DNA of 16,141 bases from Ginkgo biloba (lineage: Eukaryota; Plantae; Ginkgophyta): the NCBI GenBank assembly GCA_024626585.2, contig JANKJI020000001.1, positions 12,727,893 to 12,744,033 on the forward strand, read 5' to 3'. This document shows, piece after piece, positions 1 to 11,099 of this stretch. The stretch's first letter is position 1. Every line of letters starts with the position of its first letter. The notes beneath the pieces are model-generated. The model made no database searches, was not told the DNA's origin, and saw nothing but the letters and a program-made list of their open reading frames with translations. The position numbers and the translations under genes were made by a program.

Positions 1-652
1 GCTCAATTACCATTCCACATAACATTCAACATAACATAAACTATCACAGATTTCATCATAATTCATAATTGAAATCAACATTAACATCCATGCACATCAT
101 AACAGTGAACGCTTCACTTTCATTAAACAGCAACTCAAAATAGTTACAGAGACCAAGAGTACTTTGTACAAACTTAACAATTCTTCAATTCTAACTCAGA
201 CACTACACTCGCCCGTGTTTCAAAATAAGCCTTTACAATGCTTTTATAACCTTCTACTCTATCCTAACTCCTGCCTAAATCAGTTTTTGAATATTCTNNN
301 NNNNNNNNNNNNNNNTATTTTCAAATTAGGAATATTCCAAATGAATATTCCTTTACAACATTTACTACTACAAAATATAACATATTTACACTGTACAAGT
401 TGCAGCCTTACTCATCGCAGAAAATCTTGGTCCGGTCAAAAGGATGCCGGGATCATTCAATCATGGACCCTTTGCTGATTGCAATTCAAGAATCTTTAGT
501 ATGGTGTGAACCATAGTCACACAATTGAAGAAAAGATATATATGGTTATGTCTGCCAAAGTTGCCTTTGAGCAATTGCAATTCGTAAGATCATTTATTCT
601 CTGGGATTTCCACTTGAAGATATGGATCTGAATTTCTATAAAGAATTTGTTT

Positions 653-775
653 CTGCAAGGGAAAGGAAACACCCATGAGCTGGATGGTAAGGCTGATCAC
701 TTTTGCAGCTTATGATACTTAAAATGGAATGTGCATTGAATGTGGTGACAAATGCATTTTGGGTCCTGTACTTAC
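653..775 (-). other. Consensus GT-AG intron (123 nt) of an unidentified antisense relic
   Basis: Minus strand reads GAGAAG|GTAAGTAC ... GTTTCCTTTCCCTTGCAG|AAAC, near-ideal donor and acceptor. Flanking frames contain stops. Confidence 0.5.
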
Positions 776-1180
776 CTTCTCCACACAAGGCCAACCTTGC
801 CATAACAAGATGGCTGATCCTCAAGTCTGCCAGCTTATCTCATAAAAAAATCGAAATGATTTAAAAAATAATTTTCCTTTATAGTGTATTGTTGTAATAA
901 TGTCTTGATGGTGCCCTTTTAGCATCAATCTCCAACCACTTGAGACATTTTCTTGCATTACTAGGGAAGATGTCTTGGGATGCTGTTATACATGTAGTTG
1001 GTTGAAATGTTATGTTGTTCACCATCTGCCTGCTCAGGACAGCAGAACAATCCTGCTTGGGGAGAGTTGCGTCTGGCTCTCTTCTTAGTCTTATTTTGAT
1101 TGAGAATNNNNNNNNNNNNNNNNNNNNNNNNNNNNNNNNNNNNNNNNNNNNNNNNNNNNNNNNNNNNNNNNNNNNNNNNN

Positions 1181-2110
1181 GTGGAACAACTCTCAAAATT
1201 CATAAGGGACGATGATAATTTTTGTTGGTTACATTCTAGATTAGCCAAGGAATCTTTACTGAAACCGTGGGACAAGGTGGCCATTCAGGTCATGAAATAC
1301 TTGACTCTAGAAGGTAAGTATTGTAAACTTTTTAGATACCACATTGTTATCCTTAATTTAATTTGGAATAATAAAAAAATTAATATGCCTCTATTTCTCT
1401 ATAAATCTATGGAAAAATCAGTAAAAATAGATAAATTGAGGAGGGGGAAATTTCCTTTGCATTGATGCCTTTTAAAATTATTGTACCAATTTGAGAAGGA
1501 TAAAAGTGGTTCAACAATGATTTCTATGAAAGGTAAATTCCATAGGGTAAGTGGCACTCCTGTTTTGAAGGCCCAGCTTCTGTTAGGTCGAGCCTCCTCA
1601 CCCCAAGGTCTCAAGTCTAATGAAATTGCTTTTGACTTGGAGGAGGAGGAGGATAGTCAGAGTGAGGAAATTCTTAGGACTACTAGAAAGAGTGAAGAGG
1701 GTCAAAGTTTAAAGCAGAAGCTCCCCCCTCAAGTGCTTGCATCCAACCTAGTTAAGTGTAGCAAGCGGTCTACTAGGCTCTAGAAGAAATCTACAGAGAA
1801 GGTGAAGATAGTTGATTATGTGGAAACTTCTGATGAAGAGAAAGAGGAGAGAGAGGTTGAGAATCCTTCTGATCCTAGGAAGAGTGGTAGAGACCTAGAT
1901 CCCACGGAGATGATCAAGGGCACTACAAAGGTTTCTTGTAGCTCCCAGAATGTAATGGAGGAGATGAGGAGTCATATAAAAATTTTAAATGGATTGGGAG
2001 GATCTTTGACAAGCACTTATTCTTACATAAATTTACTTTCTCTAGAAATTACTAATTATTTGAAGGAAGTAGTGAATAGGATGAAGGAGCTAAACCCTAC
2101 AAGTCCTTAA
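1181..2110 (+). pseudogene. Decayed transposon-associated accessory ORF (resembles 'putative plant transposon protein'-type domain followed by an acidic low-complexity tract and helical C-terminus)
   Basis: ORFs 1100-1465, 1481-1783 and 1802-2110 share one frame (offsets 381 and 321 nt). After the gap this gives 310 codons broken only by TGA 1463-1465 and TAG 1781-1783. The motif PWDKVAIQVMKYLTLEGKY...YHIVILN...KINMPLFLYKS...PLHxxLLKLL resembles repeat-encoded gymnosperm proteins (recollection, not a search). Confidence 0.6.
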
Positions 2111-3226
2111 CAATATCTCTCTTGTCCCTTTTTGTGGTAGATTTTAAGTAGTTTTAAGTACTTTATTGAAATTTTTGTGCTCCCCTTGTCCAGTTAGTCT
2201 TCCGTTGTCATGTTATCCTCAAGGCTCTACAGGTGCAGTTAGTCTTTTGTTGCAGTAGATTAGGTTGGTATTGATGGTGATTGTTGGTCTTCCTTGATCC
2301 TGTTGTCTCAGTGCAGCTGCAATAATTTGTTTGGCGTCTCATGCTCTTGTCCTTCCTGGCTAGTTCTTATTCAAATCTATCCCTATCTCGTGAAATCGTC
2401 ATCCTTACTCTGAATAGGATGTCTGCTGCCACATTTGTTGACTATGCAATCAAGCTTTGCTAGAGTCTCAGATACTACCATTGCAGTGCATGGAGATCCT
2501 ACTGGATTTGAAGTTGCCTTGAGCGAATAAGAGCTGTATGTTTTATTTTGTTTCCTGTATGTAATATATTAAAGTTTTGAATGGCATGGGTTANNNNNNN
2601 NNNNNNNNNNNNNNNNNNNNNNNNNNNNNNNNNNNNNNNNNNNNNNNNNNNNNNNNNNNNNNNNNNNNNNNNNNTTGGCCGCCTTCTCACAGAACTGCAC
2701 CTGTGTCCGTCCCCTTTTCTTCTAGCAAACCTATAAGAGATGCCCTGCAACTCCCTTGCTTAGCTTACTGTGTCGCTGAAGCCTCCTGACAAAGTTTAGT
2801 GGTCTGATTCATTCTGGCTGATGCTATCCTTTTATTGTAGGAGGCTTGTACATCAAATCATTCCATCTGTAACATAGCATTTAGAGCTCTGTCTAAGATG
2901 TAAAGTTGGGGATGAACTAGGCTTCCTTACAGGTCCAGTTTTATTGATTAACTATCATGACTCATTTGGTGTCATGTTTCTTTGGCCTTTACCCCTGACT
3001 CTATGAAATTCACCAGTGTGCAGGAAAGTTCCCCTTATTCCAAACTTAAACTTGAGGGGCCACCATGCCATGAGTGCAATTGAGAGGAGGCTGTTCATTT
3101 CTGTATGATTTTCTTTTCAAATATAATGCTTTGACTTTCTAGAGTCTACAACCAATTTTAAAGTTTTGGTTTGTTTTCATTGCCCACTCTTTGGAGATTC
3201 TATAATATGAGTGCAAATTGCTGCAG

Positions 3227-3396
3227 GCTGTTGCTAATTCAACTTCAGCAACATTCCTGCGTGTTGTTGGTAGTGAGCTGATCCAGAAATATTTGGGAGA
3301 TGGACCAAAACTGGTAAGAGAGCTGTTTAGAGTGGCTGATGAACTTTCTCCTTCAATTGTCTTTATTGATGAAATTGATGCTGTCGGCACTAAAAG
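3227..3396 (+). CDS. RPT2: 26S proteasome regulatory ATPase subunit 4 (RPT2/PSMC1), internal exon with pore loop and Walker B
   Basis: Translates [70 protein letters not shown] is RPT2-specific and IVFIDE is Walker B. Acceptor ctgcag| at 3225-3226 (phase 0), donor AG|gtatta at 3397 (phase 2). Confidence 0.97.
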
Positions 3397-3572
3397 GTAT
3401 TAATTGACCTTGCTTCCATGTCAGTAGTCTTTAGGAGATCAGATTATTGCTTTGTATTAGCTTTTAATTCTCAAGACTTTTATAAGGTTAAGTCCATCTT
3501 TTGTATGTTAGTATTTGAAATGAATTCAGGACAATAATATCTCCTAAGCTTCTTTGTTTTTGTTTCTCACAG
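3397..3572 (+). other. RPT2: RPT2 GT-AG intron, 176 nt, phase 2
   Basis: Begins gtattaa, ends ctcacag. Removal restores the continuous [11 protein letters not shown] sequence. Confidence 0.95.
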
Positions 3573-3789
3573 ATATGATGCTCATTCAGGTGGGGAGCGA
3601 GAAATACAGCGCACAATGTTAGAATTGTTAAATCAGCTGGATGGTTTTGATTCTAGAGGGGAAGTTAAGGTCATCCTGGCAACAAACCGAATTGAGAGTC
3701 TAGACCCTGCTTTACTTCGCCCAGGAAGAATAGATCGAAAGATAGAATTTCCTCTTCCTGACATAAAAACAAGGAGGCGCATATTCCAG
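3573..3789 (+). CDS. RPT2: RPT2 internal exon with second region of homology and arginine fingers
   Basis: T-rich acceptor tttgtttttgtttctcacag| completes the split Arg codon (AG|A), then [72 protein letters not shown]. Donor CAG|gtact at 3790. Confidence 0.97.
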
Positions 3790-4058
3790 GTACTGCTTGA
3801 TGCCTTGCACCAGTAGACACAGCAAATTATAACTCATAACCAAATTGTCAGTACTTTGCCTTGAGCTTTTGAGTGCTATATCTATTCGAGTCAGAATATA
3901 TATTTGGCAAGGAAAAAAATGTTACTCTTTTTATGACCAAAGTTTGTCTTTCAGTGCAATTTGTAACTTTTCCAGTTAAGTTTCACGTGTGTGTTTGATC
4001 TCTGCTATTTTTCTAGCCAGAGATTATTGCCAGTTATGGTTTCTTTTATTTGTTGCAG
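3790..4058 (+). other. RPT2: RPT2 GT-AG intron, 269 nt, phase 0
   Basis: Begins gtactg, ends ttgcag. Removal restores RRIFQ-IHTAR. Confidence 0.95.
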
Positions 4059-4199
4059 ATACATACTGCAAGGATGACACTGGCAGATGACATTAATTTA
4101 GAAGAGTTTGTAATGACAAAGGATGAGTTCTCTGGAGCAGATATCAAAGCCATATGTACTGAGGCAGGGTTACTTGCTTTGAGAGAAAGGCGTATGAAG
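4059..4199 (+). CDS. RPT2: RPT2 internal (probably penultimate) exon, AAA+ lid domain
   Basis: Acceptor ttcttttatttgttgcag|, 47 codons [47 protein letters not shown], donor AAG|gtaagc at 4200 (phase 0). Confidence 0.97.
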
Positions 4200-5533
4200 G
4201 TAAGCATCGATTGTGTCATCTTGAACTTAGAATGGTATATTTGACATGACTGGATAGGCTATTCATCTGTGCATTTGTGTTTGAGGGCATCCTTTTATGC
4301 TTCAAGCTTGCATGGTTTTGATTAATTTCAAGGGTGCACAACTGTGCATTCCTCTTTTGGGGTGTAAAAGCACACGGAATACTTACTGGCATCTTTCTCA
4401 CGTTTATTTACTTCTATTGTTGATTGTTTAATACTCAATCCTTTCCATTCCAAATTTAAATCCTATATTATGTTACAAAAGAATTTGGGAAGAATCTTCT
4501 TCCTAGTAGTAGTTCACCTTCTAATACTAAGCAGGCAAGAATGTTATATATTTGGAGTGTTACTTTTAGACTAATGCCAATAGGTTTTAGTTTCAATTTC
4601 TTTTGTATATTGTTTCCACATTTAATGATGGAATCAATGCAATTTATGTTCTTTGACAAGGATATGTTTCATGTCGTAATATGCTTAACTTCATCAAGGA
4701 GTACTTAGTTTACATTCTTTAAATTTGAAACCTAAATAGACTCCATTGGATTTTAGAAAGACTTTTCAATTACACAACACTAGCCTTTTATAAATAAGTA
4801 CTTAAAACAATATAGTCATTAGTATGATTGAGGCCAAGAAAAAATAATTCCTCAAAAAAGGACTTTATGACTTTTTAACTTTAGACCTTTTTCTTACAAT
4901 TTGACCACCTCACCACTACATCATTAATATCTGTTATGATTAAATCAAAACAATGAAATATATATTTTANNNNNNNNNNNNNNNNNNNNNNNNNNNNNNN
5001 NNATAACTTAACTCCTTAAACTTCTTTAAGCTCCTATCTTAAGGTTATGTGGGGTTTCATATGGCCATAGTCTTTAAACACTTAGCACTTTAAATTTTTT
5101 TTAAGTAAATAATATTAGAATTTTTTTTAAAATTTTAGAGCATCTATGCGCTCAAATATATTGAAAAACCTTATAATTTTTTATTTTCATTCTGCCATGC
5201 TGCCACCTCCCAATATTCATTGGTTCTTAGCATATGTGTCTTCATATCCCAATTTCAATCTCTTGATGCTCACTAGTTTGATCTTTAATGATGTTCTCTA
5301 TGTCTTTAACATCCTTCCTTATCTGATGATGGTATTCTCTCAACTCAATTTTAGATGGCATTTACTTCAACCACTTAACCAAATCCTTTCCATCCCAATT
5401 TGCTATGTGATCTTCCTTCTAAACCTCATCNNNNNNNNNNNNNNNNNNNNNNNNNNNNNNNNNNNNNNNNNNNNNNNNNNNNNNNNNNNNNNNNNNNNNN
5501 NNNNNNNNNNNNNNNNNNNNNNNNNNNNNNTAT

Positions 5534-5670
5534 ATGTTGACCCCATCGATTCATATAGTCCAATTGGAAATCTTACCCAAACTACCTCGGTTCAATGACA
5601 ACCCCAAAAATGATCCCAATACGTATGTTGACGCATATGGTATTGCCTTAATGGAATATATTTATAATAA
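5534..5670 (+). mobile_element. Possible Ty3/gypsy gag N-terminal remnant
   Basis: ILPKLPRFNDNPKNDPNTYVDAY resembles the LPxFxGxxxEDPxxHxxxF motif at the start of plant retrotransposon gag. Short and adjacent to a gap. Confidence 0.35.
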
Positions 5671-7734
5671 CAATGTTTCACTTAAAATGCAAGAATTAAG
5701 TGTGGTATGGGATGTGTGGACTCTTTAATAAGATCACAGTTAGTGCACAATTTAGACAAGTATTTGGGTGTAGTTTGAATGCATAGGTGAGTTTTGGAAA
5801 TATATTTCACTTTGCCCTGGGCAATGAAATGTGGGAGCAAATGTTGCTAATTCCTATCAATGTATATTTTTTCAAGTGTACTTGAATTTTAATCCTGCGT
5901 GCACAAGTTTGGTCATGCTTTGACTTGAGTGAGATTCTAAAACAAAGAGGGTCCAAAATCGTCAAATTGTGGATCCAAGTTCCAACACAAATATGAACAA
6001 GACATTTGGAACAAGCAACATTTTTCCATTTAAATGTGAAAAATGGTGATGTTAATTAAACATCCCAAGCATGTGATAGAAACATTAGATCTAGCCTTCA
6101 GTGTGCTGAATCTTGATTACATCTTATAGAACATCAAGTTCTCATTGTGCAATTTAGCACATAATGCAAATATTATGTAGGCTTTTAATAACTTGCATCT
6201 TGCAAATTAATACATAATCAAAGTGTTTTGGAGATAGTCATAAATATTTGAATATTTTGAAAATAGGTATTTATGGTGTTTGCCTAGCATTTAATCCTAT
6301 CAAGCATTCAAGTTGGATGATGTGTTGCTAGATGACATTGTCAAGGTTCAAATGGGATTTTATATAAGTATGAAAGAGAGAACAATTTATGAACTTTTTG
6401 GAGATATGTGTCTGTAGGGCATAATCATATATTTGTATTAATGGATTGGAATTTAGAGATACTTAGATGGTTGTAGTTGAAGTTAGTTTTGTGTTAAGGT
6501 TACCAGATTTACCTAGTATAGTTTATATTACCTTATATGCAGTGGGCTGACGTGAAAGAGATATTATGTATCTACTTTCGTTTATGTTCTCAAGTCTTGA
6601 ATTACCAATTGCTCAACCATTGGCTTTTTGTTGAGTTGCAGTACTTTAACTCACTTTTAATTTTGTTTATTAATATATTTTCGTTGGTTGGACTATGCCA
6701 TTGTTGTGATGCAAACACCATTCCTTTCGATGTGTTCTAACATTCTAACTACCAATTGTTCAACTATAGGGCCNNNNNNNNNNNNNNNNNNNNNNNNNNN
6801 NNNNNNNNNNNNNNNNNNNNNNNNNNNNNNNNNNNNNNNNNNNNNNNNNNNNNNNNNNNNNNNNNNNNNNNNNCTAAAATTTGTCCTATATAAATATGGG
6901 CAATCTCTCTTGTTGGTGATGCATTTCACAAAACATTTCCCACCATAATACTTCTTGTCCCCTCAATTTTAAATTACCAAAAGCTATCTTTTGAGGGTCA
7001 AAGTATTGTTGGATATTAAAATATATCTCCAACTATCTAAACCAATCATTATGTTTTTCAACATTCATACCCCAATCATATATGGAAATTTTCACCTTTG
7101 TTTCAACTTTAAAGGTAAGCACTAGGTTCTATACTCTCCAAGGAGCACTGCTAGAAGGAGCACTACTCACAATAACACTTGTGGTCGCTGGTGACATGAC
7201 TATAGATGTACGAGGTTGTGGCACCAAGCTTTGCATGATTTATAAAATCTTAGATATGCAGTCATCAAGATCCACTTTGCATTCTGGTAGACCTTTTTAT
7301 AACATGTCCTCTCTTTCACTCTCATCTTCCTCTACAGGTACTTTAGGTGAATCTTGTTTATATTATCATAACATTTTGCTAGTCGACTTAGTTCTTTAAA
7401 GTTTTGACAATGGATTTTTTTTTGGTTGATTTCCTTCTTCTCGGTATTTGTACCCAATCAAAACCATTGAAGAATCTAAATTTTTCTTGCTTAGGTTCTC
7501 TACCTGAGGAGTTTGTCTTTCCAATGTAGAAAAAAATATCTTTAATACCAAAATATGATCTAGAACCCAGAATGTGTACAATGGAATCAAGATTNNNNNN
7601 NNNNNNNNNNNNNNNNNNNNNNNNNNNNNNNNCAAATTTAAATAACACATTGACGAGTGATAATCATATAACAAAAATAAAGATTCTTCAAATAAAAATC
7701 AACAAGTGGAATCATAGTCCACACATTACAGAGA

Positions 7735-8200
7735 TATTTGTCTCTTAAATGAGAATGAAAATTAGAGTGTACAAAAAATACTACGTCTACGAGGTTCACA
7801 AGTGAAATGTTTGGTAAACTTGCAAGCTTTCCCATAGTTAGAAAGTGCCTTTGCTAGGAATTTACAACTCATTGATTTCATNNNNNNNNNNNNNNNNNNN
7901 NNNNNNNNNNNNNNNNNNNNNNNNNNNNNNNNNNNNNNNNNNNNNNNNNNNNNNNNNNNNNNNNNNNNNNNNNNNNNNNNNAATGATCCATATTCATTAG
8001 ATTTGACCCATATTGACTCTTTATACAGTTTTCATCATTCCCACATTCCACATACATCTCCTCATTTCTTAAGTTGGATGGTTTGTATGTAGTATTCATA
8101 TAATGAAACATTGATTCCTCGAAGATGATTTAATGCATACATTTCAATTTATGTGGATCGATCAAAATTTCCAAGTTCATTGGATGAATATATTCTTGAA
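7735..8200 (-). mobile_element. Possible highly decayed hAT transposase C-terminal remnant
   Basis: Minus-strand VDVVFFVHSNF resembles the hAT dimerisation motif DLVFVHSNL. MYALNH near 8140 resembles AYxLNP and lies upstream in the right order. Very degenerate and split by a gap. Confidence 0.25.
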
Positions 8201-8459
8201 CATACTCTAATTTTAATTATTGTTTACATATAATAAGCCTTAATGAGGCTAGGACATAAATATTCATTAGAACCAAAGTTGAATTTCCTAGTTATAGTGG
8301 TGACTAAGAGGNNNNNNNNNNNNNNNNNNNNNNNNNNNNNNNNNNNNNNNNNNNNNNNNNNNNNNNNNNNNNNNNNNNNNNNNNNNNNNNNNNNNNNNNN
8401 NNNNNNNNNNNNNNNNNNNNNNNNNNNNNNNNNNNNNNTATGTGATAATGGTTCTTCAG

Positions 8460-8491
8460 AAAAAAAAAAAAAAAAACACACACAAAAAAAA
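8460..8491 (+). repeat. Poly(A)/(CA)n simple repeat
   Basis: A17 followed by cacacac and A8. Confidence 0.8.
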
Positions 8492-9551
8492 CAAGAATCT
8501 AGATATGGGATTTTGGCACTAGACCTTTTTCTACATAATATATAAATTTATCTATTTCTTTCTCCTTTTGTTTTTATTATTGGATTTTTTTCATCATTCA
8601 TATCTGTTTTTTTTTCAAACATACATTCTTTTTTAATGCACTCACTTTTTTTACTCTCTTTATTTTTTTTGTTGAAAGACCCTCATATGCTAATGAACAA
8701 TGGAATCCACTCTATGGTTGCTTAAATAAATCTTTGTAAGAAACCTACATGTAAGAATACATAAAGATATATCTTACCTCTACCATTTTGGGGTAGTAGT
8801 GAGGTCCTCTTTCACCCCAAGTAGGTACTCATATGAGCTTAAGTGTATTATCCCCAAGTATGAGTTATGTCTTATTCTTGATTAGGATCAATGGGATTCC
8901 CACCATACAATAATTTAAGTTTGGGAACAACACTCAATTGTGTCCAAAATCCATTTGAGGACTTGTACCTTAGATAATATTGGTAGCTAGAGTTTTGACA
9001 TGCCCCAACTTTGGTTAAAATGTGCTTTCAAATGTATCCCAAATGGATAGAATCATGTGTATGAGTAATTGTGAAGGGAGCAAGATTAATCTCACACATA
9101 TATGCCTCATGTTGACATTGTGATATATATGCATGAAAAATAAACACATAACTACAAATAATGTTTAAATTGTGATAATATAATTACATGATTATATGTA
9201 ACTCTTCTCCTCTATGATGTGGATACATGCATGAGGAGAAGAGGTACCCCTTAGGTGTGTTTTTGAGTTTGTCCATATTGGTTCAAATAAGGATGATTTA
9301 AAAAATGTTCTTGTAAGTTACCTTGATTTTGCCCACTTTAATTCGATTGGACAATACTTTAGGATTAATTTGAAGAGTTACTTTGAGGCTCAACCAATGG
9401 GATTTATTGCAAGGCACTATGAGATTCTCCTAAACGTGGTAACTTGTCTTAGAAGTAATTCTTAACTTTATGTCTATGATGGCACTCAAGGATATTATAG
9501 GAATCTCTATGCGAATAATTGTACCACTTTCCATTTTGAACATAATTTATA

Positions 9552-10283
9552 AGTTTAGGAATTTATAAGTGTCGATCATGCCAGGATTGTTGTCATTGTC
9601 GACTCACCTCAAATTGTTAATGGGTGAGTGCTCATGTTTTGTCCAACTTATGTAGGTTGCAAGTGAATCTCATGAGACATTGTATCACTAAGTCAATGTT
9701 CCATAGCAATGCAAATGATAGGGACCATGAATTCGAATGAAATGATAACTTACCTAAATATAAGGTGAAATGGTGTATAACGGTGTGCCTTCTTGGCGGT
9801 AGTGCAATCGGCTCGTATTATTAAAAATAATTTTTTCGCCCATTTGTTTTGACCTATGTTGGAGATTTTAGTCAATACCTATTTCAGAATTTTGTTTATG
9901 CTTTCAGCAAAACCGTTGGAATGAGGATAATAAGGAGAAGACTTGTGGTGGATGATCATGAATTTCTTTATTAGAAGCTTAACTATTTGACTCAAGAATG
10001 TGGACCCTTGGTCACTAACAATTTTAATTAGCTGACTAAACTGCGTAATGATCATTTCAAAAATGAATTGTACTATGATAAAAGCATCATAATTTATTAA
10101 TGCCTTTGCCTCTACCCATTTAACACAATCGATTACTACTAGTATGTATCATGCTTACATGCATTAGGTTGGGGACTAATTGGTCCAACAAAGACCAACC
10201 CCCATTTTTAAAATGGGCATTGTGCCAAAATAGGATGGAGAGGTTGATGGTGTGAAATGCAAGGTTGGTTTTGCTCAATTTTT
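9552..10283 (-). mobile_element. Decayed Ty3/gypsy integrase (rve core plus C-terminal helix), non-chromovirus Tat/Athila-like
   Basis: Minus-strand translation across frameshifts: HQPLHPILAQCPF*KWGLVFVGPISP / YILVVIDCVKWVEAKAL...IITQF...IVSDQGSTF...HHKSSPYYPHSNGFAESINKILK*VLTK...W...YTPFHLIF / LHKLDKT*...SWHDRHL. First catalytic Asp has become Val (GLVFVGP), second Asp (SDQG) and Glu (AES) are retained. Many stops. Confidence 0.92.
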
Positions 10284-10687
10284 CTAGAAACAGACCAAAC
10301 AACCTTCTCTTCTTCAAGTTGTGGCATGTTGACGAAACCACGTTGGATTGCAGAGAGATGGGGCGCATGCCTTCCCAAATGCTGAATGTGTTCATGAAGA
10401 GGGGATGCGAGGATGGGAGGTCATACTCGGTGGAGGATGACGAGTGCCAGGTGTTGATTAAATGCAGGGGCATGGGCGATCTCGTTTATGTCTTCACTCC
10501 TACCATCGACGACCACAAAAGTTGTCTGGTATGCGCCATCTGCGATATATCTGTCCATGACAATGGAAATTCCTGCAGGTGGGAGATGCTGCCCAAATAT
10601 GCAACCTCATCTCGCACTCCTCTTAATCCTTTACATAGAATTATGTATATGTCTTCTCCCGTAACCACAGAAAAAATTTTCCTGTGA
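10284..10687 (+). pseudogene. 5'-truncated fragment of an F-box/kelch-repeat gene (At3g24760-like), C-terminal ~134 codons with native-looking stop
   Basis: FKLWHVDETTLDCREMGRMP...IKCRGMGDLVYVF...CAICDIS...NSCRWEMLP...PLNPLHRIMYMSSPVTTEKIFL* matches, in order, the family C-terminus as I recall it (FNLWxVDExTMEFSEIAIMP...LKCVGLGNLIYVF...ACVCEI...CSWRRVP...PVNKFHKVISFCSxV). No F-box or N-terminal half is present. Frame uninterrupted. Confidence 0.8.
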
Positions 10688-11099
10688 AAAAAAATGATGG
10701 ATGGGCCAGGAAGAAGCCATTAGGTTGCAACCTAGACCATCATCAACGAAACCCCTTTGAGCATCGGCAACAAATATCCACTTTCATCTTTTCTGTTACT
10801 CTCGATAAATCTTAACAATCGCCCATAGACTTTACGCCTATGTAGGGTCATTGACCGAGCTCTCAAATTGGCTGCTGATCACTGAGCCATTTGTTTGCAA
10901 GATTATATCAGAGATAATATTTGATTCGTTTGTCTAGTTTTTCACTAACTTTTCCAAATAAGTCCAAAAATAAGCAATGATACACAAAACTATCTATATG
11001 AGCTAAAAGAATCTCAATCATAGGGTCGGAAGGAATAGTTCAAGGCAAGTTTAGCTCCATCAATTAAAAGGGCATAAAAGGAGCCCAACAACTAATTCA

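Noticed and set aside
289-351. Three GAATATTC palindromes resembling heat-shock element cores (GAAnnTTC)
   Set aside because: Only two-unit cores, not three contiguous nGAAn units. Interrupted by a gap and not near a recognisable promoter.
3139-3390. 83-aa minus-strand ORF
   Set aside because: Antisense shadow of the RPT2 exon.
5146-5598. 150-aa hydrophobic ORF and other gap-spanning ORFs
   Set aside because: Length is inflated by N-runs and the composition simply reflects T-rich DNA.
9235-9445. Stop-free + frame (VHIGSNKDDLKNVLVSYLDFAHFNSIG...) vaguely like an RT motif
   Set aside because: Similarity to LDFxKAFD is too weak and there are no neighbouring RT motifs.
10120-10473. 117-aa minus-strand ORF spanning the F-box/integrase junction
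   Set aside because: Reads antisense through the F-box fragment and out of frame through the integrase. No recognisable motif.
10284-10937. Helitron capture of the F-box fragment (CTAG at 10284-10287 and 10934-10937)
   Set aside because: No GC-rich subterminal hairpin and no A|TC start. CTAG tetramers are expected by chance.
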